From Sphaerochaetaceae bacterium (GTDB lineage Bacteria; Spirochaetota; Spirochaetia; Sphaerochaetales; Sphaerochaetaceae), in the NCBI GenBank assembly GCA_963677225.1, contig OY781923.1, positions 1,693,507 to 1,757,506 on the forward strand: a stretch of 64,000 nucleotides of DNA, in the 5' to 3' direction. Position 1 is the stretch's first letter. Every line of letters begins with the position of its first letter. Positions 54,156 through 63,307 of this stretch are shown in pieces. The notes below the pieces were generated by a model, which worked only from the letters and a program-made list of their open reading frames with translations, did no database searches and was not told where the DNA came from. Position numbers and translations under genes: made by a program.

Positions 54156-56354
54156 CTAGCCGATCTCGCCGTTAAGATACACCTTGGCTGTCAGCAGCTG
54201 CCCGCCGCTTCCGATAGGTCTGCCGTCAATTTTGACCACACCGTCCTCGCTGACGAGATTGAAGTCGAAAAAGACATCGGCTTTCAACTGCTTTCTGCTC
54301 TCAGGCATCTCAGTTCCCTGAGGCAGGAGCTGTGTTCCGACCTCGAACTGAGGGGCGAACAGAACTTCACAGGTCGTATGTTCGGGAGCTGCGGGATCAC
54401 TTGCTGCCAGGAGCATTCCCCGGCTTTTGACCGATCTGAAGTTTGCCGGCTTCAGGTTCTGGACCAGTATGATATGCTGTCCGAGCAGTTCTTCTTCTTT
54501 ATAGTATGGAACTATGGAAGAAACGATCTGCGTCGGCTCTTGTGCACCTGTATCGACCTGCAGTATATAGAGGAACTCCCCTTTCGGATGACGTTCCACC
54601 TCAACGATCTTCGCTACAGTCAATGCGACTTTATCAGCGAAATCCTGCGCTATATCTTTCTTTTCTTCCTGCTGTTGTTCTTCCATCCCGCTATTCTCCT
54701 TATTCCTCGATGCCTGATTGCCGCTGTAGGCCGCCTTCAGTTCTTCTATCCGATCGTCCTCGAGTTTCGAGAACAGATGTTCGATCTTTCCTATCCTGCC
54801 GAGATTCCCGACAGTTCCCAGCTGATCATATCCCATATCGCTGGTACCAACGAACTGCAGGATCTTTCTGCTTGCTTCAGGCATGAACGGTGAGATGAGA
54901 TATCCGATATCACGTATCATGAGGAGGATCGTAAACAGCAGAGCTTTTGTCTTCACGGGTTCTTCCTTTCTCATTTTCCACGGTTCTCCGTCCTGGAATG
55001 CTTTATTACCGATAGAAGAGAGTGCCAGGATGGTTCTCAGAGCATCTCTCAGTTCGGCTCTTTCAAAAGACTGATCGATTCGCTTCTCCATCTCCAGAAC
55101 CTGCTGCAGCAGTGCGGGATCGGTCTCTTTCGTTTCAAGATCACCATCATAAAATCTCTGGATGAAAGAAAGTGTTCTGTTTACGAGGTTCGACAGGTTG
55201 CCGATCAGTTCCTTGTTCACCTTCTCCTGGAAATCCTTCCATGTGAACATAACATCCGATTTCTCGGGACGGTTGTAAAACAGGTAGAATCTCCATACAT
55301 CAGCAGGGATCCTGGTATCCTGTACATCGTTACCGAAGATTCCTATCCCGTGACTCTTGGAAAACTTTCCGTCTTCATAGTTGAGATACTCGCTGCTTGA
55401 CATATGATGAAGCATCGTCCATTTCTCCCCTGTAGCCAGCAGGGTTGAGGGGAAAATGACGGTATGAAACGGAATATTATCCTTTCCGATGAACTGAAAA
55501 AGTTCGACATTCTCATTATCCTGCCACCACGATCTCCATTCATCCGTGAGATTTGCCGTGATCGAGATGTACCCTATGGGAGCATCGAACCACACATAGA
55601 ACACCTTGTTCTCATAGCCCTCTTTCGGTACCGGAATTCCCCAGGAGAGATCGCGTGTGATAGCCCGTTCTTTCAGCCCGTCTCTGATCCAGCTTTTAGT
55701 CGTCTGAAGGGCATTTTTAGCCCAGAAGCCTTCAACAGACGCTGTATCAAGCCATTCGGTCAGAAGCGGGAGAGCCTTAGGCAGATCTATATAGAGGTGC
55801 TTCGTCGATTTCACGACCGGGGTGTTACCGCAGATAGAACATCTCGGCTCGATAAGCTCCAGCGGGTCGAGCAGAGTCTGGCAGTTATCACACTGGTCAC
55901 CTCTTGCACCTGTCGATCCGCATTTCGGACAGGTTCCTTCCACGAAACGGTCGGCAAGGAATCTTTTATCGTGCTCGCAATAGAGCTGTTCAATGACCTT
56001 CTCGCTTATGTAGCCGTTCTCATCAACCTTTTTAAAGATATCCTGTACGATCTCCGTCTGTTTTTCGCTGCTTGTCCTTCCGAAATGATCGAAGTCGATT
56101 TCGAACCATTTATAGATATCCTTATGGATCACATGATAGTGATCACACAGTTCTTTGGGAGTCACACCCTCCTGAAGAGCTCTTGTCTCACTTGCGGTGC
56201 CATATTCATCGGTACCGCAGACATATAAGGTCTCGTATCCTTTGATACGGCAAAATCGGGCGAAACAATCTGCCGAGAGAACCTGGATGAGGTTTCCCAG
56301 ATGAGGAATGTTATTGACATACGGTAATGCTGAGGTAACAAGTCTTTTTTTCAT
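54156..56354 (-). CDS. metG: Methionine--tRNA ligase with C-terminal tRNA-binding (EMAP/Trbp111-like) domain
   Basis: PYVNNIPHLGN (HIGH region), KFSKS (KMSKS) and Zn knuckles CPKCG...CDNC. Start trimmed to ATG 56354. The ORF-track start at 56363 is GTG. Confidence 0.95.
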   Translation of the reverse strand: MKKRLVTSALPYVNNIPHLGNLIQVLSADCFARFCRIKGYETLYVCGTDEYGTASETRALQEGVTPKELCDHYHVIHKDIYKWFEIDFDHFGRTSSEKQTEIVQDIFKKVDENGYISEKVIEQLYCEHDKRFLADRFVEGTCPKCGSTGARGDQCDNCQTLLDPLELIEPRCSICGNTPVVKSTKHLYIDLPKALPLLTEWLDTASVEGFWAKNALQTTKSWIRDGLKERAITRDLSWGIPVPKEGYENKVFYVWFDAPIGYISITANLTDEWRSWWQDNENVELFQFIGKDNIPFHTVIFPSTLLATGEKWTMLHHMSSSEYLNYEDGKFSKSHGIGIFGNDVQDTRIPADVWRFYLFYNRPEKSDVMFTWKDFQEKVNKELIGNLSNLVNRTLSFIQRFYDGDLETKETDPALLQQVLEMEKRIDQSFERAELRDALRTILALSSIGNKAFQDGEPWKMRKEEPVKTKALLFTILLMIRDIGYLISPFMPEASRKILQFVGTSDMGYDQLGTVGNLGRIGKIEHLFSKLEDDRIEELKAAYSGNQASRNKENSGMEEQQQEEKKDIAQDFADKVALTVAKIVEVERHPKGEFLYILQVDTGAQEPTQIVSSIVPYYKEEELLGQHIILVQNLKPANFRSVKSRGMLLAASDPAAPEHTTCEVLFAPQFEVGTQLLPQGTEMPESRKQLKADVFFDFNLVSEDGVVKIDGRPIGSGGQLLTAKVYLNGEIG

Positions 56355-56503
56355 AGCTGTCACTATACTCTCTTACCCCTATTTTTTCAATCATCCGCTT
56401 TGAATTTGAGTTCACACTTTCTTCACCTTCATTGACGTTGGAGATCAACTATTATACATTTAGAGAATACCGATTCAATCGGAATTTTCAAGGAGGAGAT
56501 GCT

Positions 56504-57490
56504 ATGGACAATTCGGGAGCATCCCGTCAGTTTCGGCTCAGTCCGAAATTAATCATCGCGATCATAGGTATCGTGGTTCTGTTTGCTCTGGTAATGAGCA
56601 GCTTTTTTGTCGTAGACCAGAGTGAAGAAGCCGTCATCCTGCGATTCGGCAAATACAACAGAACCGTGGGACCAGGATTACAGACTAAATTGCCTTTAGG
56701 AATCGACAAGAATTACAATATCCCTACACGTGTAGTACAAACAATGACTTTCGGACAGACGACACCATCATCCAGCTTCAGTTCCAATTTCATGGATTCC
56801 CCTTCAGGATCATCCGCAGGCGAATCGATCATGCTCACCGGAGATCTGAACATAGTCGACGTGCAGTGGATCATCCAATACAGGATCGAAGACCCTGCTA
56901 AATGGCTGTTCAAAGTGAAAGAGAGAGACAAGACAATACGAGATATCAGTCAGAGCGTCATAAACCAGCTTGTCGGAGATCTTCCGATTCTGGCCATTAT
57001 GAGCAGCTCGAGAACTTCTATCGAGATCGAGTCTCAAGAAAGGATGCAGGAAATTTTCGACTCGTACGAACTCGGTGTCAGAGTGGTAACAGTAAAACTT
57101 CAGAATATCGTTCCGCCTGAAGGTGAAGTCCAGGATGCCTTTGAAGATGTCAACAAAGCTATCCAGGATATGAACAGATATATCAATGAAGGAAAACAGT
57201 CCTACAACGAGGAAATCCCGAAAGCCCAGGGAGAAGCGAGCAAGATCATCCAGGTTGCCGAAGGTTATGCCGCAGAAAGAGTCAACAATGCGAAAGGTGA
57301 TGTAGCCAGGTTCAATTCCGTCCGTGAAGCATATGATGCAAGCAGGGATATCACGGCCCAGAGATTGTACATCGAAACGATGGAAGAACTGCTGAGCGGT
57401 GAAAACAGCGGAAGTCTCACGCTCATCGACAAGAATCTGGAGAACTTTCTCCCTATCAGCCAGTTGAATAATATGGGAGGTGTTCAATGA
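56504..57490 (+). CDS. hflK: FtsH protease modulator HflK (SPFH/band-7)
   Basis: ORF trimmed to ATG 56504, preceded by AAGGAGG. One transmembrane helix plus an SPFH domain (VDQSEEAVILRFGKY). Confidence 0.9.
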   Translation: MDNSGASRQFRLSPKLIIAIIGIVVLFALVMSSFFVVDQSEEAVILRFGKYNRTVGPGLQTKLPLGIDKNYNIPTRVVQTMTFGQTTPSSSFSSNFMDSPSGSSAGESIMLTGDLNIVDVQWIIQYRIEDPAKWLFKVKERDKTIRDISQSVINQLVGDLPILAIMSSSRTSIEIESQERMQEIFDSYELGVRVVTVKLQNIVPPEGEVQDAFEDVNKAIQDMNRYINEGKQSYNEEIPKAQGEASKIIQVAEGYAAERVNNAKGDVARFNSVREAYDASRDITAQRLYIETMEELLSGENSGSLTLIDKNLENFLPISQLNNMGGVQ

Positions 57491-58467
57491 AAAAATTAAT
57501 CACCACAGGTGTAATAATACTTGTCCTTATCATTATCTTTTTGCTGCTAGGACCTTTTTTCATCCTTCAGGAGGGTGAACTGGCAGTCGTGACCCGTTTC
57601 GGAAGAATCGTCAACACCTACGAAGATGCAGGTTTGAAGATCCGTGTTCCCGTAGTAGATAATGTCATCAAATATCCGAAAATGATCATGTCCTGGGATG
57701 GCGACGCCCAGCGGATTCCGACCAAAGAGAATCAGTTCATCTGGGTCGATACGACCGCACGGTGGAGAATCAGTGACCCTTCAGTCTTCTACCAGTCTGT
57801 AAGCACCCTTTCGAATGCTATTTTGAGACTGAATGATGTGATCGATTCTACCATTCGTACTGTCATCAGTGAAAACTATCTGAATGAGGCGGTGAGGAAT
57901 ACCAATGACATCAATAATCTGACGATAGAAGATCAGGTGCAGAATGTCGACGGTCTTGAAGACGCCGAACAGCTTAGAAACCTTACGAAAACTGAAATAC
58001 AGCAGGAATCGATCGAAGTAGGACGTGAAGGTCTGTCATCACAGATGTTTGAGATCGCCAGCCAGTTCACAGCTGAATATGGTATCGAAGTCATAGATAT
58101 CGTCATACGGCAGATTCGTTACAGTGACGATCTGACTCAGAGTGTCTATCAGAGGATGATCAAAGAAAGAAACCAGATAGCTGAAGCCTACCGGTCCTAC
58201 GGACTCGGTCAGCAGGCAAGATGGGTCGGTAAGACAGAGAATGATATGAAGAGCATCATCAGTCAGGCATATGCGGAAAGCGAAGAGATCAAAGGTATCG
58301 CAGACGCTACAGCAACTCAGATCTATGCTGAAGCCTATGAGGCTGATCCTGAATTCTTCACCTTATGGAGAAATCTGGAATCGTATAGAAAGACCATACC
58401 TGATCTGAATAAGATCCTCAGCACTGATATGGATTACTTCGATCTGCTTTACAGCCCGGCTGAATAA
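57487..58467 (+). CDS. hflC: FtsH protease modulator HflC (SPFH/band-7)
   Basis: ATGA overlap with hflK. One transmembrane helix plus an SPFH domain (LQEGELAVVTRFGRI). Confidence 0.9.
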   Translation: MKKLITTGVIILVLIIIFLLLGPFFILQEGELAVVTRFGRIVNTYEDAGLKIRVPVVDNVIKYPKMIMSWDGDAQRIPTKENQFIWVDTTARWRISDPSVFYQSVSTLSNAILRLNDVIDSTIRTVISENYLNEAVRNTNDINNLTIEDQVQNVDGLEDAEQLRNLTKTEIQQESIEVGREGLSSQMFEIASQFTAEYGIEVIDIVIRQIRYSDDLTQSVYQRMIKERNQIAEAYRSYGLGQQARWVGKTENDMKSIISQAYAESEEIKGIADATATQIYAEAYEADPEFFTLWRNLESYRKTIPDLNKILSTDMDYFDLLYSPAE

Positions 58468-58487
58468 GTATCAGATACTATAGAGAG

Positions 58488-58523
58488 CATCCTTGTCGTG
58501 AGACCGGCAGGGATGTTTTTTTT
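58488..58523 (+). terminator. Rho-independent terminator after hflC
   Basis: Stem CATCCTTG...CAGGGATG of 8 bp, extendable to about 11 bp, followed by TTTTTTTT. Confidence 0.62.
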
Positions 58524-58526
58524 ACA

Positions 58527-58558
58527 AAATAAAAAACGACAGACTATCCAGACTGTCG
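58527..58558 (-). terminator. Rho-independent terminator after the Fur-family gene
   Basis: The minus strand has a CGACAG...CTGTCG stem (plus 58537-58542 and 58553-58558) followed by TTTTTTATTTT. Confidence 0.5.
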
Positions 58559-58582
58559 CCGTATTCTCAGATTCTGAAAAAT

Positions 58583-59002
58583 TCAGGAATGTTTTTTGCA
58601 TTCGGGACAAATTCCCTCGAGAAAGAGTACCTTGCGTGTGATATCAAAATCATCACCGATCGCGACGGAAGGAATCTCGACATCGAGAATATCTGTGACC
58701 TTCCCGCACTTCAGACATTTGAAATGGATGTGGGGAGTTGTGTGTGCATCATAACGCATCTCTTTGCTGTCTATTGTGACAGGCATGACGACACCTTTTT
58801 CAACCAGAAGATGCAGCACGTTGTAGACGGTGGTTCTTGAAATCGAGGCCATTGTATCTTTCAGGCCGTTATAGATATCATCGGCTGTCGGATGAGTGGG
58901 ATTGTCGTGCAGGTATTCCAATACCGCGACTCGGTGATTCAAAGGTCTGATCCCATGGGCCTTTAACGTAGAAACCTGCTGATTCTGCTGAAACATTGCC
59001 AT
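58583..59002 (-). CDS. Fur-family metalloregulator (Fur/PerR/Zur not distinguishable by eye)
   Basis: 139 aa. Winged helix (RVAVLEYLHDNPTHPTADDIY), HIHFKCLKCG and CPEC (two CxxC pairs). Confidence 0.87.
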   Translation of the reverse strand: MAMFQQNQQVSTLKAHGIRPLNHRVAVLEYLHDNPTHPTADDIYNGLKDTMASISRTTVYNVLHLLVEKGVVMPVTIDSKEMRYDAHTTPHIHFKCLKCGKVTDILDVEIPSVAIGDDFDITRKVLFLEGICPECKKHS

Positions 59003-59360
59003 TATTCATCTCCTAGCTCATTATACATAAAAAGGGTAATTAAAATTTGATCATTTATAGATTCATTTCCAAAATGCTCTTTGAAACGACCTAGAACAGG
59101 ATAATACATTTCTACCAAATTTGCTACTACTTAACAGTACTAAAATTGAATTGATAACAATTCGTAACTATAAAGACGTTAAAAACTTATCACACATATT
59201 CTGCCCCATTACTCATTCAACGGCCATCTATCTGCATAGTACACATTTCTAATCATTTTTGCATAAATATACATAGAATGGTTGTAATAATCTTATTTTT
59301 ATGCAATATTACAAGAAATACGTGAGTATATATACATTTAGATAAATGAGGTGGTCCCCA

Positions 59361-60614
59361 ATGGCAAAAGAGAAAGTAATTTTAGCATACAGCGGCGGTC
59401 TTGATACATCCGTGATCCTGAAATGGCTGGCCAACAAAGGATTCGACGTTATCGCCTATGTGGCAAATGTCGGACAGCAGGAAGATTTCGAAGCGATCAA
59501 AGAAAAAGCGATCGCTACAGGAGCTTCAAAAGTGTACGTCGAAGATCTGCGCGAAGAGCTGGTCACCGATTATATCTTCCATGCACTGAAGGCTAATTCC
59601 ATGTATGAAGGACGATACCTGCTCGGAACCTCAATCGCACGGCCCATCATTGCAAAAAGACACATTGAGATCGCAAAGAAAGAAAATACACTCTATGTCG
59701 CACACGGGGCGACCGGTAAAGGGAATGACCAGGTGAGGTTTGAATTCGGGTACTACGCTCTCATGCCCGAGGTGAAGATAATCTCACCCTGGAAGGATCC
59801 GGAATGGTTGAGTGAATTCGAAGGAAGAAGTCAGATGATCGCATATGCTGAAAAATACAACATTCCTGTAAAAGCATCGACGAAGAAACCATACAGCGAA
59901 GATGAGAACCTGCTCCATATCTCCCATGAAGCCGGAATACTTGAAGATCCCGAAATGATGTGTCCGGAAGAAGTGTTCAGCCATACACTGAATCCTCTTC
60001 AGGCTCCCGATGAACCTACAATACTCTCAATCGAATTTATTGACGGAATTCCGGTGAAAGTGACCAATGAGAATGACGGGACCGTCAAAGACGATCCTCT
60101 GGAATTGTTCATCTATCTCAACAAGATCGGTCATGACAATGGTGTAGGAAGAGTCGATATGGTGGAGAACAGATATATCGGAATCAAGAGCAGAGGAGTT
60201 TACGAGACTCCGGGGGGCACTATTCTCTGGTTCGCTCACCGTGATCTTGAAGGTATCTGTATGGATAAAGAAGTCATGCACCTTCGTGATATGCTTATGC
60301 CGAAGTTTGCAGAACTTATCTACAACGGTTATTGGTTCTCTCCGGAATTCGATTTCATCTCCGCTGCCGTCAATAAGAGTCAGGAACTCATTACAGGTGT
60401 CGCGAAAGTCGCTATCGTGAAAGGAAATATGATCACTGCGGGTGTTTCAAGCCCCTACTCTCTGTACAACGAGAAGCTGGGATCTATGGAAGTCGCTGGA
60501 GGATATCAACCGGTAGACTGCAAAGGATTCATCAATATCAATGCGATTCGTCTTCAGGCTCACCATTACTGGCTCAAAGCTCAACAGCTTGACACTGCAG
60601 GTAAAAACAGCTAA
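59361..60614 (+). CDS. argG: Argininosuccinate synthase
   Basis: [21 protein letters not shown] trimmed to ATG 59361, with GAGGTGG 6 nt upstream. Confidence 0.95.
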   Translation: MAKEKVILAYSGGLDTSVILKWLANKGFDVIAYVANVGQQEDFEAIKEKAIATGASKVYVEDLREELVTDYIFHALKANSMYEGRYLLGTSIARPIIAKRHIEIAKKENTLYVAHGATGKGNDQVRFEFGYYALMPEVKIISPWKDPEWLSEFEGRSQMIAYAEKYNIPVKASTKKPYSEDENLLHISHEAGILEDPEMMCPEEVFSHTLNPLQAPDEPTILSIEFIDGIPVKVTNENDGTVKDDPLELFIYLNKIGHDNGVGRVDMVENRYIGIKSRGVYETPGGTILWFAHRDLEGICMDKEVMHLRDMLMPKFAELIYNGYWFSPEFDFISAAVNKSQELITGVAKVAIVKGNMITAGVSSPYSLYNEKLGSMEVAGGYQPVDCKGFININAIRLQAHHYWLKAQQLDTAGKNS

Positions 60615-60943
60615 TCACTGAACAATTCATCGTAGTGTTCCACACCTAAGGCAAGGATGCGTTGTATATGATCGTCATTAAGACTATAATATATACTGCG
60701 TCCTGCCTTTCTGCTTTTCACCAGCCGTGTAGCTCTGAGAAGTTTCAACTGCTGCGAGATCGTAGACTGCTGCATATCAAGCTCATGGGCTATGGAAAGA
60801 ACGGGAAGTTCTCCACCCTGAAGAAGAAAGAGTATTTTTAGACGTGTGGCATCACCGAAGACTTTGAAAAAATCTGCAATTTCGTCGACGTGCCGGGATG
60901 GAGGGATTGTCAGGCCGGCAGGACCTTCTTTAACTTCTACCAT
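60611..60943 (-). CDS. ArsR/SmtB-family metalloregulatory repressor (alpha5-type site)
   Basis: w[19 protein letters not shown]...[17 protein letters not shown]-terminal DDH-x10-H-x2-E ([18 protein letters not shown]). No Cys residues. Confidence 0.87.
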   Translation of the reverse strand: MVEVKEGPAGLTIPPSRHVDEIADFFKVFGDATRLKILFLLQGGELPVLSIAHELDMQQSTISQQLKLLRATRLVKSRKAGRSIYYSLNDDHIQRILALGVEHYDELFSD

Positions 60944-61049
60944 AACAATGAATGTACCATAATGACTTTAGCGGTGCAATAGAACAACCTGTATTGAAAA
61001 AGATCGCTATTTTGTATACAACATTCAAACATAAGATCATGGAGGTATT

Positions 61050-61958
61050 ATGATGAACACATTGGATAAAAAACCTGTTGTGGGTTGGATTGGAACTGGA
61101 GTCATGGGAAGATGGATGTGTCAGCATATCATGCCGTTATCTTCAGAAATGATCGTTTACAACAGAACAAAATCCAAGACCGAAGAACTCGCAAAGGCTG
61201 GTGCCACAGTAGTCGACAGCGTCAGTGAGGTCGCTCAGGTTGCCGATATCGTCTTCACGATAGTGGGACACCCGAAGGATGTCAGAGAAGTTTATCTTGA
61301 GAAAGGCGGTCTCCTTACTGAAACGAGAGAGGGACAGCTTTTCATCGATATGAGTACAACCGAACCTACATTGGCCGCAGAGATCTATAACAAAGCCAAA
61401 TCCATGGGATGCGACTCTCTCGATGCTCCGGTCTCAGGCGGAGATGTAGGGGCAAGAGAAAGCAGACTCACGATCATGGTAGGCGGTGACAGCAAAACCT
61501 ACGAGAAAGCCGTCCCCTTTTTCGATAAAATGGGAACATCTACCTATCAGGGGCCTGCCGGAAGCGGACAGCACACCAAAATGTGCAATCAGATCGTAAT
61601 TGCCGGAACGATGATAGGTGTATGCGAATCTCTTCTCTATGCCCGCAAAGCAGGACTGGATGGAGAGACACTCATCAGCACCATCTCCAAAGGAGCTGCG
61701 GGATGCTGGACGCTCGACAATCTCGCTCCCCGGATTCTTAAGGGAAACTACGATCCGGGATTTATGATCGACCACTTCATCAAGGATATGTCAATCGCCC
61801 TGAGTGAATCAAAGATGATGGGATTAGCACTCCCCGGTCTCGCTCTGGTGGAACAACTCTATCTTTCGTTACAGGGATCCGGTTCCGGTAAAAACGGCAC
61901 ACAGGCACTTGTTCTGGCTCTGGATCGTTTGAATGATACTCATCTATTTTCATCATAG
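61050..61958 (+). CDS. NAD(P)-dependent 3-hydroxyisobutyrate dehydrogenase-family oxidoreductase
   Basis: Rossmann motif GWIGTGVMG, DAPVSGG and the catalytic-region lysine KMCNQ. 302 aa. The start is ATG 61050 or 61053. Confidence 0.85.
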   Translation: MMNTLDKKPVVGWIGTGVMGRWMCQHIMPLSSEMIVYNRTKSKTEELAKAGATVVDSVSEVAQVADIVFTIVGHPKDVREVYLEKGGLLTETREGQLFIDMSTTEPTLAAEIYNKAKSMGCDSLDAPVSGGDVGARESRLTIMVGGDSKTYEKAVPFFDKMGTSTYQGPAGSGQHTKMCNQIVIAGTMIGVCESLLYARKAGLDGETLISTISKGAAGCWTLDNLAPRILKGNYDPGFMIDHFIKDMSIALSESKMMGLALPGLALVEQLYLSLQGSGSGKNGTQALVLALDRLNDTHLFSS

Positions 61959-61966
61959 GAGGCAAT

Positions 61967-63265
61967 ATGGAAAATAATAAGGAATTTGCTACTTTAACTC
62001 TTCCTGACAAAGAGTCTCTCCGCATCCCGGTGATCACCGATAACATGGGTGGAAAATCGATCGACATTCACGCATTGAGAAAAGAGACAGGATACATCAC
62101 CTACGATCCAGGATTCATGAACACCGGCAGCTGTATCAGCAGTATCTGCTATGTGAACGGTGAAGAAGGGATCCTTCGTTACAGGGGTTATGATATTCAG
62201 GATCTTGTCGAACATTGTGATTTTGTAGAGGTTGCATACCTGCTGATCAAAGGAGAGCTTCCCGACGAGAGCGAACGTAAAAGATATTCAGATCTGCTCA
62301 ACAAGGAATCTCTGCTGCACTATGACATGCAGAGTTTCTTCAGAGGATATCCTTTCGATGCACACCCGATGTCCGTACTTGCCGCAATGTCTGTTTCTCT
62401 CTCGGCTTTCTATCCAGATATGGATGACATCGATCCCGAACTGCAGGTAGACTTCGCGGTGACCCGTCTCGTATCGAAGATCAGAACGATCACCGCATTC
62501 CAATACAGACACATGAGAGGAGAAGACTTCGTTAATCCATCCTACAAATTGAGTTATTGCGAAAACTTCCTGAACATGATGTTCAGCTCCCCCGTATTCG
62601 AGTATAAGATCAATCCCCTTCATGTAAAAGCCTTGAATCAGTTGCTCATTCTTCATGCCGACCACGAACAAAACTGTTCCACTACCGCTGTGCGGCTGAT
62701 CGCAAGCAGCGAGGCAAATTTATATGCCTCGATCTCTGCTGGCATGTGTGCTCTGTGGGGTCATAAGCACGGAGGTGCGAACCAGGCAGTAATCGAAATG
62801 CTCGAAGAGGCGCATGATAACGAATGGACTGCTCAGGATATTGTCGACAAGGCCAAAGACAAGAGCAATTCATTCCGGGTGATGGGTTTCGGTCACAGAG
62901 TCTACAAGACGACCGACCCTAGGGCGAAGATCGCGAAAAAACTTTGTAAAGAAGTACTTGACGAAGATGGTGAACACGATCCTCTGCTTGATCTGGCATT
63001 GGAACTCGAAGAAGTCGCAACCAAAGACAGTTACTTCATTGAACGGGGACTTTATCCTAATGTGGATTTCTATACAGGGCTCATCTTCAGAAAGATGGGT
63101 ATTCCTACGAACATGTTCACGACCATGTTCGCCATCGGTCGGCTGCCCGGCTGGATCGCACACTGGCTTGAATGGAAAAAAGATCCGTACGGAAAGATCG
63201 GACGACCACGTCAGGTATACAGCGGACCATGTGTTAAATCTGTGAAAAGTATCAAAGAACGATAA
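61967..63265 (+). CDS. gltA: Citrate synthase
   Basis: Signature GFGHRVYKTTDPR and HADHEQNCST. 432 aa. Confidence 0.93.
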   Translation: MENNKEFATLTLPDKESLRIPVITDNMGGKSIDIHALRKETGYITYDPGFMNTGSCISSICYVNGEEGILRYRGYDIQDLVEHCDFVEVAYLLIKGELPDESERKRYSDLLNKESLLHYDMQSFFRGYPFDAHPMSVLAAMSVSLSAFYPDMDDIDPELQVDFAVTRLVSKIRTITAFQYRHMRGEDFVNPSYKLSYCENFLNMMFSSPVFEYKINPLHVKALNQLLILHADHEQNCSTTAVRLIASSEANLYASISAGMCALWGHKHGGANQAVIEMLEEAHDNEWTAQDIVDKAKDKSNSFRVMGFGHRVYKTTDPRAKIAKKLCKEVLDEDGEHDPLLDLALELEEVATKDSYFIERGLYPNVDFYTGLIFRKMGIPTNMFTTMFAIGRLPGWIAHWLEWKKDPYGKIGRPRQVYSGPCVKSVKSIKER

Positions 63266-63266
63266 G

Positions 63267-63303
63267 AATAGAGGCTATTGCTTTTGCAATAGCCTCTATT
63301 TTA
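63267..63303. terminator. Bidirectional intrinsic terminator between citrate synthase and aconitase
   Basis: Perfect stem of 14-15 bp, (A)ATAGAGGCTATTGC-TTTT-GCAATAGCCTCTAT(T). It is flanked by an A-rich stretch on the left and T-rich on the right. Confidence 0.72.
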
Positions 63304-63307
63304 CGAT

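Noticed and set aside
56470-56482. Palindrome CCGATTCAATCGG in the hflK leader
   Set aside because: It is a 6-1-6 repeat with no supporting context. Such short palindromes are expected by chance in 64 kb.
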